Below, piece after piece: positions 1-10,346 of a stretch of 64,000 bases of DNA (its first letter is position 1; every line of letters starts with the position of its first letter). Below the pieces are notes generated by a model. It was not told the DNA's origin, made no database searches, and worked only from the letters and a program-made list of their open reading frames with translations. Made by a program: the position numbers and the translations under genes. This stretch comes from an uncultured Anaerolineales bacterium. Its GTDB lineage: Bacteria; Chloroflexota; Anaerolineae; Anaerolineales; RBG-16-64-43. The stretch is taken from positions 1,853-65,852 of the forward strand of contig CAYGXJ010000078.1 of NCBI GenBank assembly GCA_964353865.1, in the 5' to 3' direction.

Positions 1-26
1 GGCACGCCATGGCCTGCCCCAACACG
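1..26. repeat. Family-A palindromic intergenic element (GGCACGCCATGGCCTGCCCC...), copy cut by the window edge
   Basis: nt 1-26 match the reverse complement of 26332-26357 at 25/26 positions. Imperfect palindrome centred on CCATGG. A third copy lies at 10497-10524. Confidence 0.8.
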
Positions 27-166
27 ATCTGGGAATGGATTCTCGCCGTCACCGCGTTGGCAGCGTGCCACCAGCGATCAGCATGACCCGCGCGGGTCAT
101 GCTGAGGAGGGCGGGAATGCTGCGGCGCATTTGCCACGCGCCTGCCCGCTTCTCTCGGAGTTGGAT

Positions 167-1087
167 CTATGGTCTGGGGGCGGGCGGACGACTGAGCGCC
201 ACGGCTAGGCGCGCCGCATGCATGGCGTTGTTGCGCAGCAGGGCGAGATTCGCGCTGAGGGTCTTGCCGCCGCTCTTGCGCGCGACGCGCGAAAGAAGGA
301 AGGGCGTCACCTGATTGCCGTGGATGCCTTCCTTCTGTGATTCTTCGAGCGCCTCGCGAATGAGCTGTTCCATCTCGTCGTGGGCCAGGGCCGCATCGGC
401 GGGGCACGGAACGGTGAGCAGCACGCTGCCGCTGCGCGGGAGCTGCCAATGATGGCGTGCGAAGGCGGCGGCCTGCTCCACATCTTCGACGCGCAGGCTC
501 ACGCGCAATCCCGAGTCGCGCGAATAGAAAGCGGGGAAGTTCTCGGTCTGATAGCCGAGCACCGGGACGCCGAGGGTTTCGAGCACTTCCAACGTGGCGG
601 GCAGGTCGAGGATGGATTTGGCACCGGCGCACACAACCACCACCCGCGCCTGGGCCAGCTCGGGCAGATCGGTCGAGACATCGTGCGGCTCGCGATGCAC
701 GCCGCCGATGCCACCGGTGGAGAACACGTGAATGCCGGCCGCCTCGGCCGCGACCAGCGTAGCTGCCACCGTGGTACCGCCCGATTGCCCAAGCAGATGA
801 GCGGAGGCGATTTCCCGCCGGCTGACCTTGAGCGCCGTGCGGCTGGCGGCCAGGCGTTCAATCTCCTCGGCGCTCAGCCCGACGCGCAAGCATCCGTCGA
901 GCATGGCCACGGTCGCGGGCACTGCGCCCTCGGCGCGCACGATGGCCTCGCAGCGCATGGCGATTTCGAGATTGTGCGGCGCGGGCAGGCCGTGGGTCAC
1001 CACCGCGGTTTCGAGGGCGACCACCGGCTGGCCCTCGTGGATGGCGCGCGCCACCTCGAGCGAGACCTGCATGAAGGGAATGGCCAT
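167..1087 (-). CDS. psuG: pseudouridine-5'-phosphate glycosidase
   Basis: Colinear with the E. coli YeiN/PsuG pattern (VVALETAVVTHG, GGTTVAAT, STGGIGGVHR, VVCAGAKSILD, TPFLL). ATG at 1087 (GTG at 1090 is an alternative). Sits directly downstream of the kinase gene. Confidence 0.92.
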   Translation of the reverse strand: MAIPFMQVSLEVARAIHEGQPVVALETAVVTHGLPAPHNLEIAMRCEAIVRAEGAVPATVAMLDGCLRVGLSAEEIERLAASRTALKVSRREIASAHLLGQSGGTTVAATLVAAEAAGIHVFSTGGIGGVHREPHDVSTDLPELAQARVVVVCAGAKSILDLPATLEVLETLGVPVLGYQTENFPAFYSRDSGLRVSLRVEDVEQAAAFARHHWQLPRSGSVLLTVPCPADAALAHDEMEQLIREALEESQKEGIHGNQVTPFLLSRVARKSGGKTLSANLALLRNNAMHAARLAVALSRPPAPRP

Positions 1088-1102
1088 CACCGCCAGGGCT
1101 TT

Positions 1103-2056
1103 CTAGATCAGCAGCTGATCGTACAGTTTCTCAAGTGAGAGGTCGGGGGCCACGGTCGAGGGCGAGCGCAAGGTCAGCGAGGCGGCCGAGATGCCCACCC
1201 GTACCGCGTCGTGAATCGGGATGTCGTTGAGCAGGCCGAAGATCACGGCTGCGGTGAGCGCATCGCCGGCGCCGGTCGGGTCGAGGATTTGCGTGCGCAG
1301 CGCCGGCAAGTGTCCGTGATCGGTGGCGGTGGCGTAGGCCACGCCGAACTCGGCCAGGGCGATGAGCGCCACATCCACGCCGCGGCGCACCAGCTCGCGC
1401 GCCGCCATCACCGGCTGGGCCGGGTCGCCGCTGGGCAATGCTTGCCCAAGCAACACCTCGGCTTCGCCGGCATTGGGTGTGACGAGAAACAAATCCTCCA
1501 GGTGCGGTGCAAGGCGGCGGGCCAGCGACCGCGAGACCGGGTCGGCGCTGATGGGTACGCCCGCCTGCTGGGCAAGATGCACGGCGGCGGCGATGGTCTG
1601 CGGTGCCAGGTTGGCATCCAGGAACACCATTGCCGCTCCAGCGAACAGGTGCGCGTTGGCATGAAGCACGTCGGGCGTGATGGCTTCCAGCGCGCGCATA
1701 TCGTCGAGAGCCAAATGGAGCTGGCCGGTCGAGTCGACGATGGCCAAATAGGCGCCGCTGGGGCGGTCATCCAGCATGAGCAGGGCCGAGGTATCGACAC
1801 CCGCCTGCACCAACTGCTGGCGCAGGTGATGGGCAAAGAAATCGCTGCCGATCGCGCTGATGAGGGCGGTGGGCTGGCCCAGGCGGACCAGGTTCTCTGC
1901 GACGTTGCGCGCGACGCCGCCGCATGCCAGGCGGATGCGCGCTGGGTTTGAGGTGTGCACTTCAAGCGGCCCGCTGACGTGGCCGACCATGTCGACCCCC
2001 GCGGCGCCGATCGCCAGCACGCGCGGCGGTTGCTCGTCATCCCTGGGCACGGCCAT
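1103..2056 (-). CDS. psuK: pseudouridine kinase (PfkB/ribokinase family)
   Basis: N-terminal VLAIGAAGVDMVG and C-terminal DPTGAGDALTAAVIFGL (PfkB anion-hole motif). Adjacent to and co-directional with psuG, like yeiC-yeiN. Start trimmed from 2269 to ATG 2056 (MAVPRDD...). Confidence 0.85.
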   Translation of the reverse strand: MAVPRDDEQPPRVLAIGAAGVDMVGHVSGPLEVHTSNPARIRLACGGVARNVAENLVRLGQPTALISAIGSDFFAHHLRQQLVQAGVDTSALLMLDDRPSGAYLAIVDSTGQLHLALDDMRALEAITPDVLHANAHLFAGAAMVFLDANLAPQTIAAAVHLAQQAGVPISADPVSRSLARRLAPHLEDLFLVTPNAGEAEVLLGQALPSGDPAQPVMAARELVRRGVDVALIALAEFGVAYATATDHGHLPALRTQILDPTGAGDALTAAVIFGLLNDIPIHDAVRVGISAASLTLRSPSTVAPDLSLEKLYDQLLI

Positions 2057-2292
2057 GCATTCCCTCGTGGGCCTGGCGGCGAGAGTGCGCTGTGGCGATA
2101 AGTTTACTACAGCCTGAACTGTGACCTGGGCTGGGTCCGCGAAGTGCACACCCCGCCCGCGTGAACGGGCGAGGCGATTCGGGTCTAGAATTAGCAGGCC
2201 ACCTTCGCCGCGGCCGACCGCATGCCCGATTCGCAGAGGGATGTTGACCCGCGGTGCGTTGCAGCCCACATCTTGCCGAAGGCGGGAGGAAT

Positions 2293-4383
2293 ATGCGCTC
2301 CATTTTCTACCCCAGCAGCATTGTCGTCATTGGCGTCTCCGAGAAACCCGACAACCTGGCTCGCAACATCGTGGGCAACCTGCGCGCCTTCGGCTATGCC
2401 GGGGCGATCTACGCCGTGGGCCGCGAGCCCGGTCAAGTGCACGGCGTTCCCATCGTGTCTTCGCTCGCGGCGGTGCCCGACCACATCGAGCTGGCGGTGA
2501 TCCTTACCCCGGCTCAGCTTGTGCCCGGCATGATGGAAACCTGTGCGCGCAAAGGAACCCGCCGCGTGGTGATCGAATCCGGCGGATTCAGCGAATTCTC
2601 GGCCGCAGGACGCGAACTGGAGCAGCAGCTGGTGGAGATCGCTGCGCAATACGACATGCGTTTCGTCGGCCCCAACTGCATCAGCGTGGTCAACCTCGAA
2701 TCGGGGGTATGCCTGCCCTTCGCGCAACTGGAGTCGGCCGATTTGCGACTGGGGCCGGCGTCGGTCATCTCCCAGAGCGGCGGGGTTTCGGTGACCTACC
2801 TCACGCGCCTTTCGGCGGGCGGCGTGGGCGTCAACAAAGGCGTGAGTATCGGCAACAAGACCAACCTGGACGAGGGCGACTACCTGGAGTTCTTGCTCGC
2901 CGATGAAGGCACGCGCATGGTCTTCATGTATCTCGAATCGATCAGCGACGGGCGGCGTCTGGTGGAACTCGCGCGCTCGAGCCCGAAGCCGGTGGTGGTG
3001 CAGAAGGCCAACCGTGGCCCGGCGGCGCGCGCGGTGGCGCTCTCGCACACGGCGGCGTTGGCCGATGACGACCGGATAGTGGATGCGGCGCTGCGCCAGG
3101 CGGGCATCCTGCGTGCCGAAAGCTTCCGCGAGGCGGTGGCGATCGGTCAGGCGCTGGCGCTGCCGCCCGTCGCCGGGCGCGACCTGGTCATCATCAGCCG
3201 TTCCGGCGGCCACGCGGTGATTGCGGCGGATTTGGCCGAAAGACTCGGGTTCCATTTGATGGCGCTGCCTCAGGATTTCGTCGACACAGTGCGCGCGATG
3301 TTCCGCGCAGACGTCATCGCACTGACCAACCCGCTCGACCTGGGTGTGATTTTCGATTTCAACTTGTATGCCGATATTGTGGCGCGCTGCCTGGAAGTGC
3401 TCGCCCCGAACGCGGTGCTGTTGATCAACACCTACGGCGAAACCGAAGCGGACAGTGCGCATCGTTTGGCGGGGCGCGTGAAGGAGATCATGCACAGCAC
3501 CGGGCGGCCGGTGGCGATCTGCGCCTACTCGCGCGCCGATGATCGCGAACGAATCCAGAACGAATTCGGGATACCGGTGTACAACGACCTGGAGGAGGCG
3601 CTGATCGGGTTGGCGGCCTCGCGCACACGGCAGGCCTGGCTAGCCCGCCACGCCGCCCAGCCTCGTGTGGCGTTGCCCAGCGTGCCCGCCTCCGCCGCAG
3701 TTGCCTCGCGCCAGGGGCTGGTGCTCCCGCCCGATGCGCTCGCGTTGTGCCATAGTTATGGGATCGTGCCAGCCGCCTTCGAGGTGACGGGTACGTCCGG
3801 CGAGGCGGCGCGGGCGGCGGCGCGCCTCGGGTTCCCGGTGGCGCTCAAGGCAATCTCGTCTGCGCTGATCCACAAAACCGATCGCGGCGGCGTGAGCCTC
3901 AACTTGGGCAGTGAGGCAGAAACTGCCGCCGCGGCGAAGGTGATGGGCGACCGCCTGCGGGGGAGCGTCGCACAGGATGAAACGCTTGAGTTCATGGTGC
4001 AACGCATGGCGGCCCCCGGGATCGAGCTGATCCTGGGCGGCCTGCACGATCACCTGTTTGGGCCGGTAGTCATGCTGGGCATCGGGGGTGTGTACGCGGA
4101 GATCTTCAAAGATGTCGCTTTCCGGTTGGCGCCACTGACGCGGCTCGAGGCCGAGGACATGCTGGAGGAACTACGCGGGGCAACTCTCTTGCGGGGTGTG
4201 CGCGGAGGCGCGGCGGCGGACCGCGAAGCGCTCCTGCGCGCCATGCTCGATTTCTCGCGCCTGGTGGCGGAGCACCCTGAGCTGCGCGAGGTCGAAATCA
4301 ATCCACTGATCATCTCTCCCGACGGGGCATGGGCCGTGGATGCACGGGCGGTCGCCGTCGCGAAAGAGCCGCAGGCCGGTTAG
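2293..4383 (+). CDS. ADP-forming acetyl/acyl-CoA synthetase (NDP-forming, fused alpha-beta)
   Basis: N-terminal CoA-binding fold (SIVVIGVSEKPDNLARNI), a succinyl-CoA-ligase-like middle and a C-terminal ATP-grasp. GGGAGGA RBS lies before ATG 2293. Confidence 0.85.
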   Translation: MRSIFYPSSIVVIGVSEKPDNLARNIVGNLRAFGYAGAIYAVGREPGQVHGVPIVSSLAAVPDHIELAVILTPAQLVPGMMETCARKGTRRVVIESGGFSEFSAAGRELEQQLVEIAAQYDMRFVGPNCISVVNLESGVCLPFAQLESADLRLGPASVISQSGGVSVTYLTRLSAGGVGVNKGVSIGNKTNLDEGDYLEFLLADEGTRMVFMYLESISDGRRLVELARSSPKPVVVQKANRGPAARAVALSHTAALADDDRIVDAALRQAGILRAESFREAVAIGQALALPPVAGRDLVIISRSGGHAVIAADLAERLGFHLMALPQDFVDTVRAMFRADVIALTNPLDLGVIFDFNLYADIVARCLEVLAPNAVLLINTYGETEADSAHRLAGRVKEIMHSTGRPVAICAYSRADDRERIQNEFGIPVYNDLEEALIGLAASRTRQAWLARHAAQPRVALPSVPASAAVASRQGLVLPPDALALCHSYGIVPAAFEVTGTSGEAARAAARLGFPVALKAISSALIHKTDRGGVSLNLGSEAETAAAAKVMGDRLRGSVAQDETLEFMVQRMAAPGIELILGGLHDHLFGPVVMLGIGGVYAEIFKDVAFRLAPLTRLEAEDMLEELRGATLLRGVRGGAAADREALLRAMLDFSRLVAEHPELREVEINPLIISPDGAWAVDARAVAVAKEPQAG

Positions 4384-4400
4384 CGGACGGGAGCCAGGCT

Positions 4401-4937
4401 GTGAGCGTTGCCTTGCCCGAATTGATCCAGGCCATCCTGCGCGATTACGCGCTGCCGGTTTTCGGACACCACGGGGTGGCACATTGGGCGCGCGTGCTGG
4501 AGAACGGACTGGCGCTCGCGCCGCGCACCGGCGCCAACGAAGAGGTGGTGCGCCTGTTCGCGGTGTTGCACGACTCGCGGCGCGTGAACGAGGCGGTGGA
4601 TCACCTGCACGGCCGCCGCGGCGCGGATTTTGCCGCCTCGCTGCGTGGCGCTGGGTTCGACCTGCCGGATGCGGACTTCGAATTGCTCTACCAGGCCTGC
4701 GCACTGCACACCGACGGTCTCACCACCGCCGATGTCACCGTGCAAACGTGCTGGGACGCCGACCGGCTCGACCTGGCGCGTGTCTTCATTAGGCCGCGGC
4801 CCGAGTTTCTATGCACGGACATGGCGCGCAACCCGCAGCTCATGAGGTGGGCGGTGCTGCGTGGCGCGCAGCGCGTCGTGCCAGCCCTGGTCGCCGAAGT
4901 CTGGCACATCCCGCTGCCCACGCCCGGCACAGGCTGA
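4401..4937 (+). CDS. HD-domain-like hypothetical protein
   Basis: H..H / LHD / D pattern (HHGVAHWARV, AVLHDSRR, CWDADRLD). GTG 4401 lies just after the upstream stop. Function unknown. Confidence 0.6.
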   Translation: MSVALPELIQAILRDYALPVFGHHGVAHWARVLENGLALAPRTGANEEVVRLFAVLHDSRRVNEAVDHLHGRRGADFAASLRGAGFDLPDADFELLYQACALHTDGLTTADVTVQTCWDADRLDLARVFIRPRPEFLCTDMARNPQLMRWAVLRGAQRVVPALVAEVWHIPLPTPGTG

Positions 4938-5052
4938 TCGCGCCGTTCCCTGCTCGGCATTCCCATGGCCTCCCATCTGGTGGTAGAGTCACGCCGGGTT
5001 CCGCGCGCGGCGGGTTCGTCCGGGCCTGCCCGCGCGTGAGCAGGGAGGCGGC

Positions 5053-6357
5053 ATGAGCAAGATGGCGGTTCTCTCGGGTGTGCTGGCGGCCGGGGTTCTG
5101 CTGGCCGGTTGCACATTGAATCTCCCGGCGGTAAACGTCGCTCCGCCGGCCGTGCCGACGTCGTCGGCGACGACGGCGAACGCAACAGCTTCCGCAATGC
5201 CAAGCCTCACCGCCACGCCGCCTCCGCCCACCGTGACGGCGACGGGCACGCCTGCGCCCGTCGGCCCGCCCATCGAAAAGCTGCAGGCCGGGCTCGAGAT
5301 CACGGTCCGCACCGTCCGCATGGTGGATGCCACAAGCGGCTGGGCCATCGGCGGGCCGGCCGCGGCGAGCGATCACATCCTGCGAACGGGCGATGGCGGC
5401 GCCACCTGGCGCGACGTGTCACCGCCTGCGGCCGAACAACCGGGGACGCGCCTGACCGCGGTGGGTGCCTTCCGCAACGGATCGACGGCCTGGGTAGCGT
5501 ACTCACTCGAGAGTCCGGGAGAGACGCCCCAGGTGGCGCTGATCTGGCGCACCCAGGATAGCGGGGCGACGTGGAGCGCGAGTGCGCCGCTGGATATCGA
5601 CCCGCTGATGGGAATCTACCAGCCCTCGCATTTGCTCTTCGTGGACGCAGACCACGGCTGGCTGCTGGTGCACGCCGGCGCGGGCATGAACCACGACTAC
5701 ATTGCCATCTACCACTCCACGGATGGCGGCCGCGCCTGGTCCAAAATCGTTGATCCCTTCCTCACCGACAACGTGCAGAGCTGCTACAAGACCGGCCTGC
5801 TCTTCACCTCGCCGCTCGAAGGGTGGATGACGGGCGACTGCGGGGGCGTAGCGCCGGGGGTGCTGTTCTTCCATTCCCCGGATGGCGGCGAGAATTGGGA
5901 CCGGGTGCGCCTGCCGCCCCCGCCCGAGACCCCCGATCTTTTCGAGCGCTCGGATGTGGCCTGCGGCGCGGACTCGCTCAGCTTCCCCGACCCGCAGCAC
6001 GGGCGCATGGTCGTCTTCTGCCGTATGTACAACGAGACTCCCACTCGGGATGTGTACTACCTGTACGAGAGCGACAACAGCGGACGCTTGTGGCTGCCGA
6101 TGAGCTTCCCCGGCGAGCGGGCGGTGTTCCTGACCAAGGACCTGGGCTGGGCCGTCGGGCCGACCGTTCGTCGCACGACCGACGGAGGGCAGACCTGGAA
6201 AGAAATGGGCAAGGTTGCCTGGCAGGCGGAGTTCAGCTTCGTGAGCGAGACACTGGGTTGGGCGGTGGCCCGCGCACAGGAGGAACTGGCGCTGGTGACG
6301 ACCCGCGACGGCGGCCGCGATTGGCTGATCCTCAAACCGAAGACCATCGCGCCCTGA
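5053..6357 (+). CDS. BNR/Asp-box repeat lipoprotein (Ycf48-like beta-propeller)
   Basis: Lipobox LLAGC and a Pro/Thr/Ala linker. Six S/DxDxGxxW Asp-box repeats (GDGGATW, DSGATW, DGGRAW, DGGENW, DGGQTW, DGGRDW). GGGAGG RBS. Confidence 0.8.
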   Translation: MSKMAVLSGVLAAGVLLAGCTLNLPAVNVAPPAVPTSSATTANATASAMPSLTATPPPPTVTATGTPAPVGPPIEKLQAGLEITVRTVRMVDATSGWAIGGPAAASDHILRTGDGGATWRDVSPPAAEQPGTRLTAVGAFRNGSTAWVAYSLESPGETPQVALIWRTQDSGATWSASAPLDIDPLMGIYQPSHLLFVDADHGWLLVHAGAGMNHDYIAIYHSTDGGRAWSKIVDPFLTDNVQSCYKTGLLFTSPLEGWMTGDCGGVAPGVLFFHSPDGGENWDRVRLPPPPETPDLFERSDVACGADSLSFPDPQHGRMVVFCRMYNETPTRDVYYLYESDNSGRLWLPMSFPGERAVFLTKDLGWAVGPTVRRTTDGGQTWKEMGKVAWQAEFSFVSETLGWAVARAQEELALVTTRDGGRDWLILKPKTIAP

Positions 6358-6434
6358 GGCGGGCGGTGCGCAAGTCCCCCTGAGACCGACCGCAGTTGGT
6401 GAGGCGGCGTGCGCTCTAGACTGTAGCCGCGGGT

Positions 6435-7829
6435 TCAGCCGGCGTCAGGCGAGGCGCGCCGATCGCGCCGGGCGGCGCGGCGCCGCGCCAACTCATCGTT
6501 CAGCGCGCGATGCACTTCGCGCGTGATGGGGAAGGCGGCCGCCGCGGCGATGGCCGCCACCAGCAGCGCCGCCGGGACCCAGGTGGTGAGCGCGCGGATG
6601 CCGAGCAGCGCCGTCGGGGCCTGGACCGCGGCATTGGGCTGGTAGCCGGTGAGTTCGAGTACCCACCCGACCGAGGCCAGCGCCAGCGAGGTGCCGAGTT
6701 TCTGAATGAATCCGGACAGCCCCCCGAAAACCCCCTCCTGCCGCTCGCCGCTTTCGTACTCCACCGACTCGAGCGCATCCGCACCCATCGCGGTTGGCAA
6801 AACGTGCGCCGCGGATATGCCCAGGCCAGCCAGCACGGCGACGATAAAGACGGGCACGACCGCCGCCGCCGGCACCCACCACAGCGCCACGTGCAGCACC
6901 GCCCACACGGCGGTGGCGATGACGAAGGCCCACTTCTTCTCGTAACGCCCGGCCAGCCAATTGACCACCGGCAGGAAGACTATCGCGCTGGCAAGGATCG
7001 TCGCCAGGAAGATGGGCGTGTCGGCTTCGCTCACCTTGGCCCAGTAGATGAGGAAGTAGGCGAACACGGCCTCGACCATCGCGATGGCCAGCCATGCCAG
7101 CCCGTTGAGGAGCAGTGACAACCAGAAGGCGCGGTTGCGTAGCAGCACGCGCACCGAACGGGCGATGTCGCTCGTGCGCGCCGATTGAAAGTCCGCGCGC
7201 TCGCGCACGAGCGCCACCAAAACGAAGTAGGGCACCATGCTGACCAGGCCGATGCCGACGCCCGCCCACTGGAAAGCAGCCTGCACCGAGCCGGCGGCCT
7301 CGAACACGAACGGCAAGGCCACCGCCGCGAGGAGCCCAGTGACGATCGACACACCGGCGCGATAGGTGACAATCGATGTTCGCTCGTCGGTGTCGAGCGA
7401 GAGCTCGGGTGTGAGAGCATAGTACGGGCCGGAGACGAATGTGTACGCCAGGTCGAAGAGCAGGTAGATCACCAGGTAGTAGGCGGCGCGCCCAGTGGAC
7501 GTGGCCAGAGGCGGGACGAACCACAGCAACGCGTAGAACACGGCCATGGGCACCGCGCCGGCCAGCATGTACGGGCGGCGCCGCCCCAGCCGGCTGCGCG
7601 TGCGATCGGAAAGCGCGCCGACCAGTGGATCGTTGACCGCATCCCAGATGCGCGCGATGAGAAGTATCGTCCCGGCGACGCCTGGGCGAACCCCGGCGAC
7701 ATCGGTGAGGAAGAAGAGAAAATAGAAGGGCAGGACCGTGCCCGCCGCCACCGAGGGCGCAAACTCGCCCAGGGCGAACACCAGCTTGTGGTACCACCTC
7801 AGTTTGCGATCGCTCGCGGAAAGCTGCAT
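6435..7829 (-). CDS. glycoside-pentoside-hexuronide (GPH):cation symporter family MFS transporter
   Basis: Polytopic protein. GPH signature region ARIWDAVNDPLVGALSDRTRSRLGRRRPYM. AAGGAG RBS before ATG 7829. Confidence 0.85.
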   Translation of the reverse strand: MQLSASDRKLRWYHKLVFALGEFAPSVAAGTVLPFYFLFFLTDVAGVRPGVAGTILLIARIWDAVNDPLVGALSDRTRSRLGRRRPYMLAGAVPMAVFYALLWFVPPLATSTGRAAYYLVIYLLFDLAYTFVSGPYYALTPELSLDTDERTSIVTYRAGVSIVTGLLAAVALPFVFEAAGSVQAAFQWAGVGIGLVSMVPYFVLVALVRERADFQSARTSDIARSVRVLLRNRAFWLSLLLNGLAWLAIAMVEAVFAYFLIYWAKVSEADTPIFLATILASAIVFLPVVNWLAGRYEKKWAFVIATAVWAVLHVALWWVPAAAVVPVFIVAVLAGLGISAAHVLPTAMGADALESVEYESGERQEGVFGGLSGFIQKLGTSLALASVGWVLELTGYQPNAAVQAPTALLGIRALTTWVPAALLVAAIAAAAAFPITREVHRALNDELARRRAARRDRRASPDAG

Positions 7830-8193
7830 CAGGCGGCTCCTTGGGAAGGGATGGTCCCCACGCAAGGCTTAACACGCGCGGAGCACTGGAAGAGACGAGT
7901 TTGGCCTGAGCCTAGTCCTCGAGGCTATTGGGCCCCGGGGAAGTAGGAGGGTCGGGCCATGGCGGCGAGTGAGCATGATCTGGCGATTGGTGGAGCACGT
8001 GCCAAGAGGCACGAGCGCTGACAAGCATGCGCGGGCCACCAGAATGGCGCCCGACCGACAGTCCCGACAGCCCTAGGTGGCGCCAGGCATGCAAACCATT
8101 GTCCAGACTTGCATGGACCTGCAACGCGTGCGCGTGATTGGGGCAATCGAAAGACTCCTCCCATGGATTCATCCAGGAAGGGGAGGAATTTCG

Positions 8194-8225
8194 TATAATA
8201 CAGATGGACATTGACGGCAAATGTC
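8194..8225 (+). promoter_or_regulatory. putative -10 (TATAAT 8194-8199) followed by a 7-bp inverted repeat GGACATT-N7-AATGTCC (8205-8225) upstream of the etf fusion gene
   Basis: Read directly from the AT-richer intergenic DNA. No convincing -35 element. Confidence 0.3.
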
Positions 8226-8251
8226 CCTCGAGAAGACACTGAGGACACACA

Positions 8252-10096
8252 GTGCGCATTGTCGTCTGCGTCAAACAGGTGCCCACGGCCGACCGCCTGC
8301 AGTTCGACAGCCGAGATCTGCGCCTTGTGCGCGCGGGCGTGCCGAACGAAATTAACCCATTCGATCGTCGCGCGCTGGCGCAGGCCATTGCGTTGCGCGA
8401 GCAGCACGGCGGCGAAGTCATCGTGCTCACGATGGGCCCTGAACAGGCGCGCGAGGCGCTTTTCGAAGCCCTGGCTTCCGGCGCCGATCGCGCGGTTCAC
8501 TTGCAGGGAAGAGAGTTCGCCGGATCGGACACTCTGGCCACCGCTCGCGCGTTGGCTGAGGCCTGCCGCCACATCGGGTTCGACCTGATCTTGTGCGGCA
8601 AGTACACCACCGACGGGGAGACGGCCCAGGTGCCGGGGATGATCGCAGAGATACTGGACCTGCCCCAGGTTTCGGGAGTGACGGGCCTTGAGCTCAACGC
8701 CAAGCTCGATCGGGTGACCGTGACAAGCGAAGTGGATGACGGCCTGGAGGTGGTCGAGGCCAGGCTGCCGGCGGTGCTCACCGCCAGCGAGCGGTTGATC
8801 AAACCCATCAAGGTGTCGCCCGAGATGCTGGCCGCCGCGCGCAGCCGGCCGGTGGAGACGTGGGGAGCGCGCCAGCTCGAACTCGACCCGGTGCTGCTGG
8901 GGGATTCGGGCTCACCGACATGGGTCAGCGCGGTGCGCGAAGTCGTCAGCTGCCGCAAGCGAGTGATCCGCTCGGCGCACGAGGGCGCGCAGGGGGTGGT
9001 GGATGCGACGGTGCGCGATCTCCTGGCCGAGGGGCTGTTTGGCCGATGGCGAGCCACGGCCAGTGAGGCGCCGCCGATGGCGCATGCTGCCCGCTCAGCC
9101 GAGCGCGCGGTGTGGGTTGTCGCCGAGGTGCACCATGGCACACTGCGTCCGGTCACATTTGAGATGCTGGCCGAGGCGCGGCGTGTCGCAACCCGCCTGG
9201 GTGGGCCGGTGGCCTGCGTGCTCATCGGGCACGAGGTAGCCCCACTGGCTTCGCTTGCCGCGCGTCACGGTGCCGAGGTTGTCTACGTCGCGGATGCCGA
9301 GCCGCTGGGTGAGTTCTCGCTCGAGCAACATACGCACGTCCTGGCCGCCGCCATTCGCGCGCGCCGACCGCACCTGGTGTTGTTAGCTTCGACCGCAAGC
9401 GGCCGCGACCTCGCCCCGCGCGTTGCGGCGCGGCTGGAGATCGGCCTGACCGGCGATTGCCTGGGTCTGGAGGTCGACGATCAATCGCGGATTGTGCAGC
9501 TTAACCCGGCCTTTGCCGGCAGCCTGATCGCGCCTGTCCTTACTCGAACATTGCCGGTCATGGCTACGCTTCGTCCGGGCGCCGTGGAACCCTGGCCGCC
9601 GGATGGCTCGCACATGGTCGAGATCATCCACCTGGAGGTCGGCCATCTGCCGGCCAAGCGTACGCGTGTGCGCGATCACCAGCCGAGCGAGTACACGGTC
9701 CTCGACCTGGAACGCAGCCAGGTCATTGTCGGGGTGGGGATGGGCATGGGTGGCCCGCAGAATTTCCCGCCGTTGGATGAATTGGCGCGCGTGCTGGGCG
9801 CCGGTCTGGGCGCCACCCGCAAGGTGGTGGACGAAGGCTGGCTGCCTCGCCAGACCCAGATCGGGTTGACCGGTCATGCCTATGGGCCCAAGCTTTACGT
9901 TGCAGTAGGCATCAGCGGCAAGCCATACCATCTGTTCGGGTTGCGGCGCGCCGGGTTGATCCTCGCGGTGAACTCCGACCCGCAGGCGCCGATCTTCGCG
10001 GATTGCGACTACGGGATCGTTGGTGATTGGAGCGAGGTGGTCCCTCTTCTCACAGCGCGCCTGGTGCGTGCCCGGCGTGAAGCGGGCGTGACATGA
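8252..10096 (+). CDS. fused electron-transfer flavoprotein, EtfB-like N-half and EtfA-like C-half in one 614-aa polypeptide
   Basis: N-half: MRIVVCVKQVP..., NPFD, CGKYTTDGETAQVPGMIAE. C-half: VGVGMG..., ATRKVVDEGW, YVAVGISGKPYH, AVNSDPQAPIF. No stop or frameshift between the halves. GTG start. Confidence 0.85.
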   Translation: MRIVVCVKQVPTADRLQFDSRDLRLVRAGVPNEINPFDRRALAQAIALREQHGGEVIVLTMGPEQAREALFEALASGADRAVHLQGREFAGSDTLATARALAEACRHIGFDLILCGKYTTDGETAQVPGMIAEILDLPQVSGVTGLELNAKLDRVTVTSEVDDGLEVVEARLPAVLTASERLIKPIKVSPEMLAAARSRPVETWGARQLELDPVLLGDSGSPTWVSAVREVVSCRKRVIRSAHEGAQGVVDATVRDLLAEGLFGRWRATASEAPPMAHAARSAERAVWVVAEVHHGTLRPVTFEMLAEARRVATRLGGPVACVLIGHEVAPLASLAARHGAEVVYVADAEPLGEFSLEQHTHVLAAAIRARRPHLVLLASTASGRDLAPRVAARLEIGLTGDCLGLEVDDQSRIVQLNPAFAGSLIAPVLTRTLPVMATLRPGAVEPWPPDGSHMVEIIHLEVGHLPAKRTRVRDHQPSEYTVLDLERSQVIVGVGMGMGGPQNFPPLDELARVLGAGLGATRKVVDEGWLPRQTQIGLTGHAYGPKLYVAVGISGKPYHLFGLRRAGLILAVNSDPQAPIFADCDYGIVGDWSEVVPLLTARLVRARREAGVT

Positions 10097-10146
10097 TCGG
10101 CCCGGCCGCGGCCAGTGCCGACAGGAGCCTGCACCTCATAGGAGAG

Positions 10147-10203
10147 AGCACAGCATGCCTTATGCTTGCCCGCGTGGGAGTGGCATGCGCGAGCTTGGCC
10201 GCG
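10147..10203 (+). repeat. Family-B interspersed element (diverged copy)
   Basis: ...GCATGCCTTATGCTTGCCCGCGTGGGAGTGGCATGCGC... aligns with 26171-26235 and 59759-59825. Confidence 0.6.
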
Positions 10204-10346
10204 TTGGGAAGAGAGTAAGAGGGTGAACGCGAATGGACGCGCAGCCGGCCGAGAGAGGGCGGCCGGGCTCGTGAGGCTCCAAGATCTTATCGGCGCCATG
10301 GGTTATTCCGCTGCCCAGGTCAGACCGCGATGACATTGGCGAGAAT

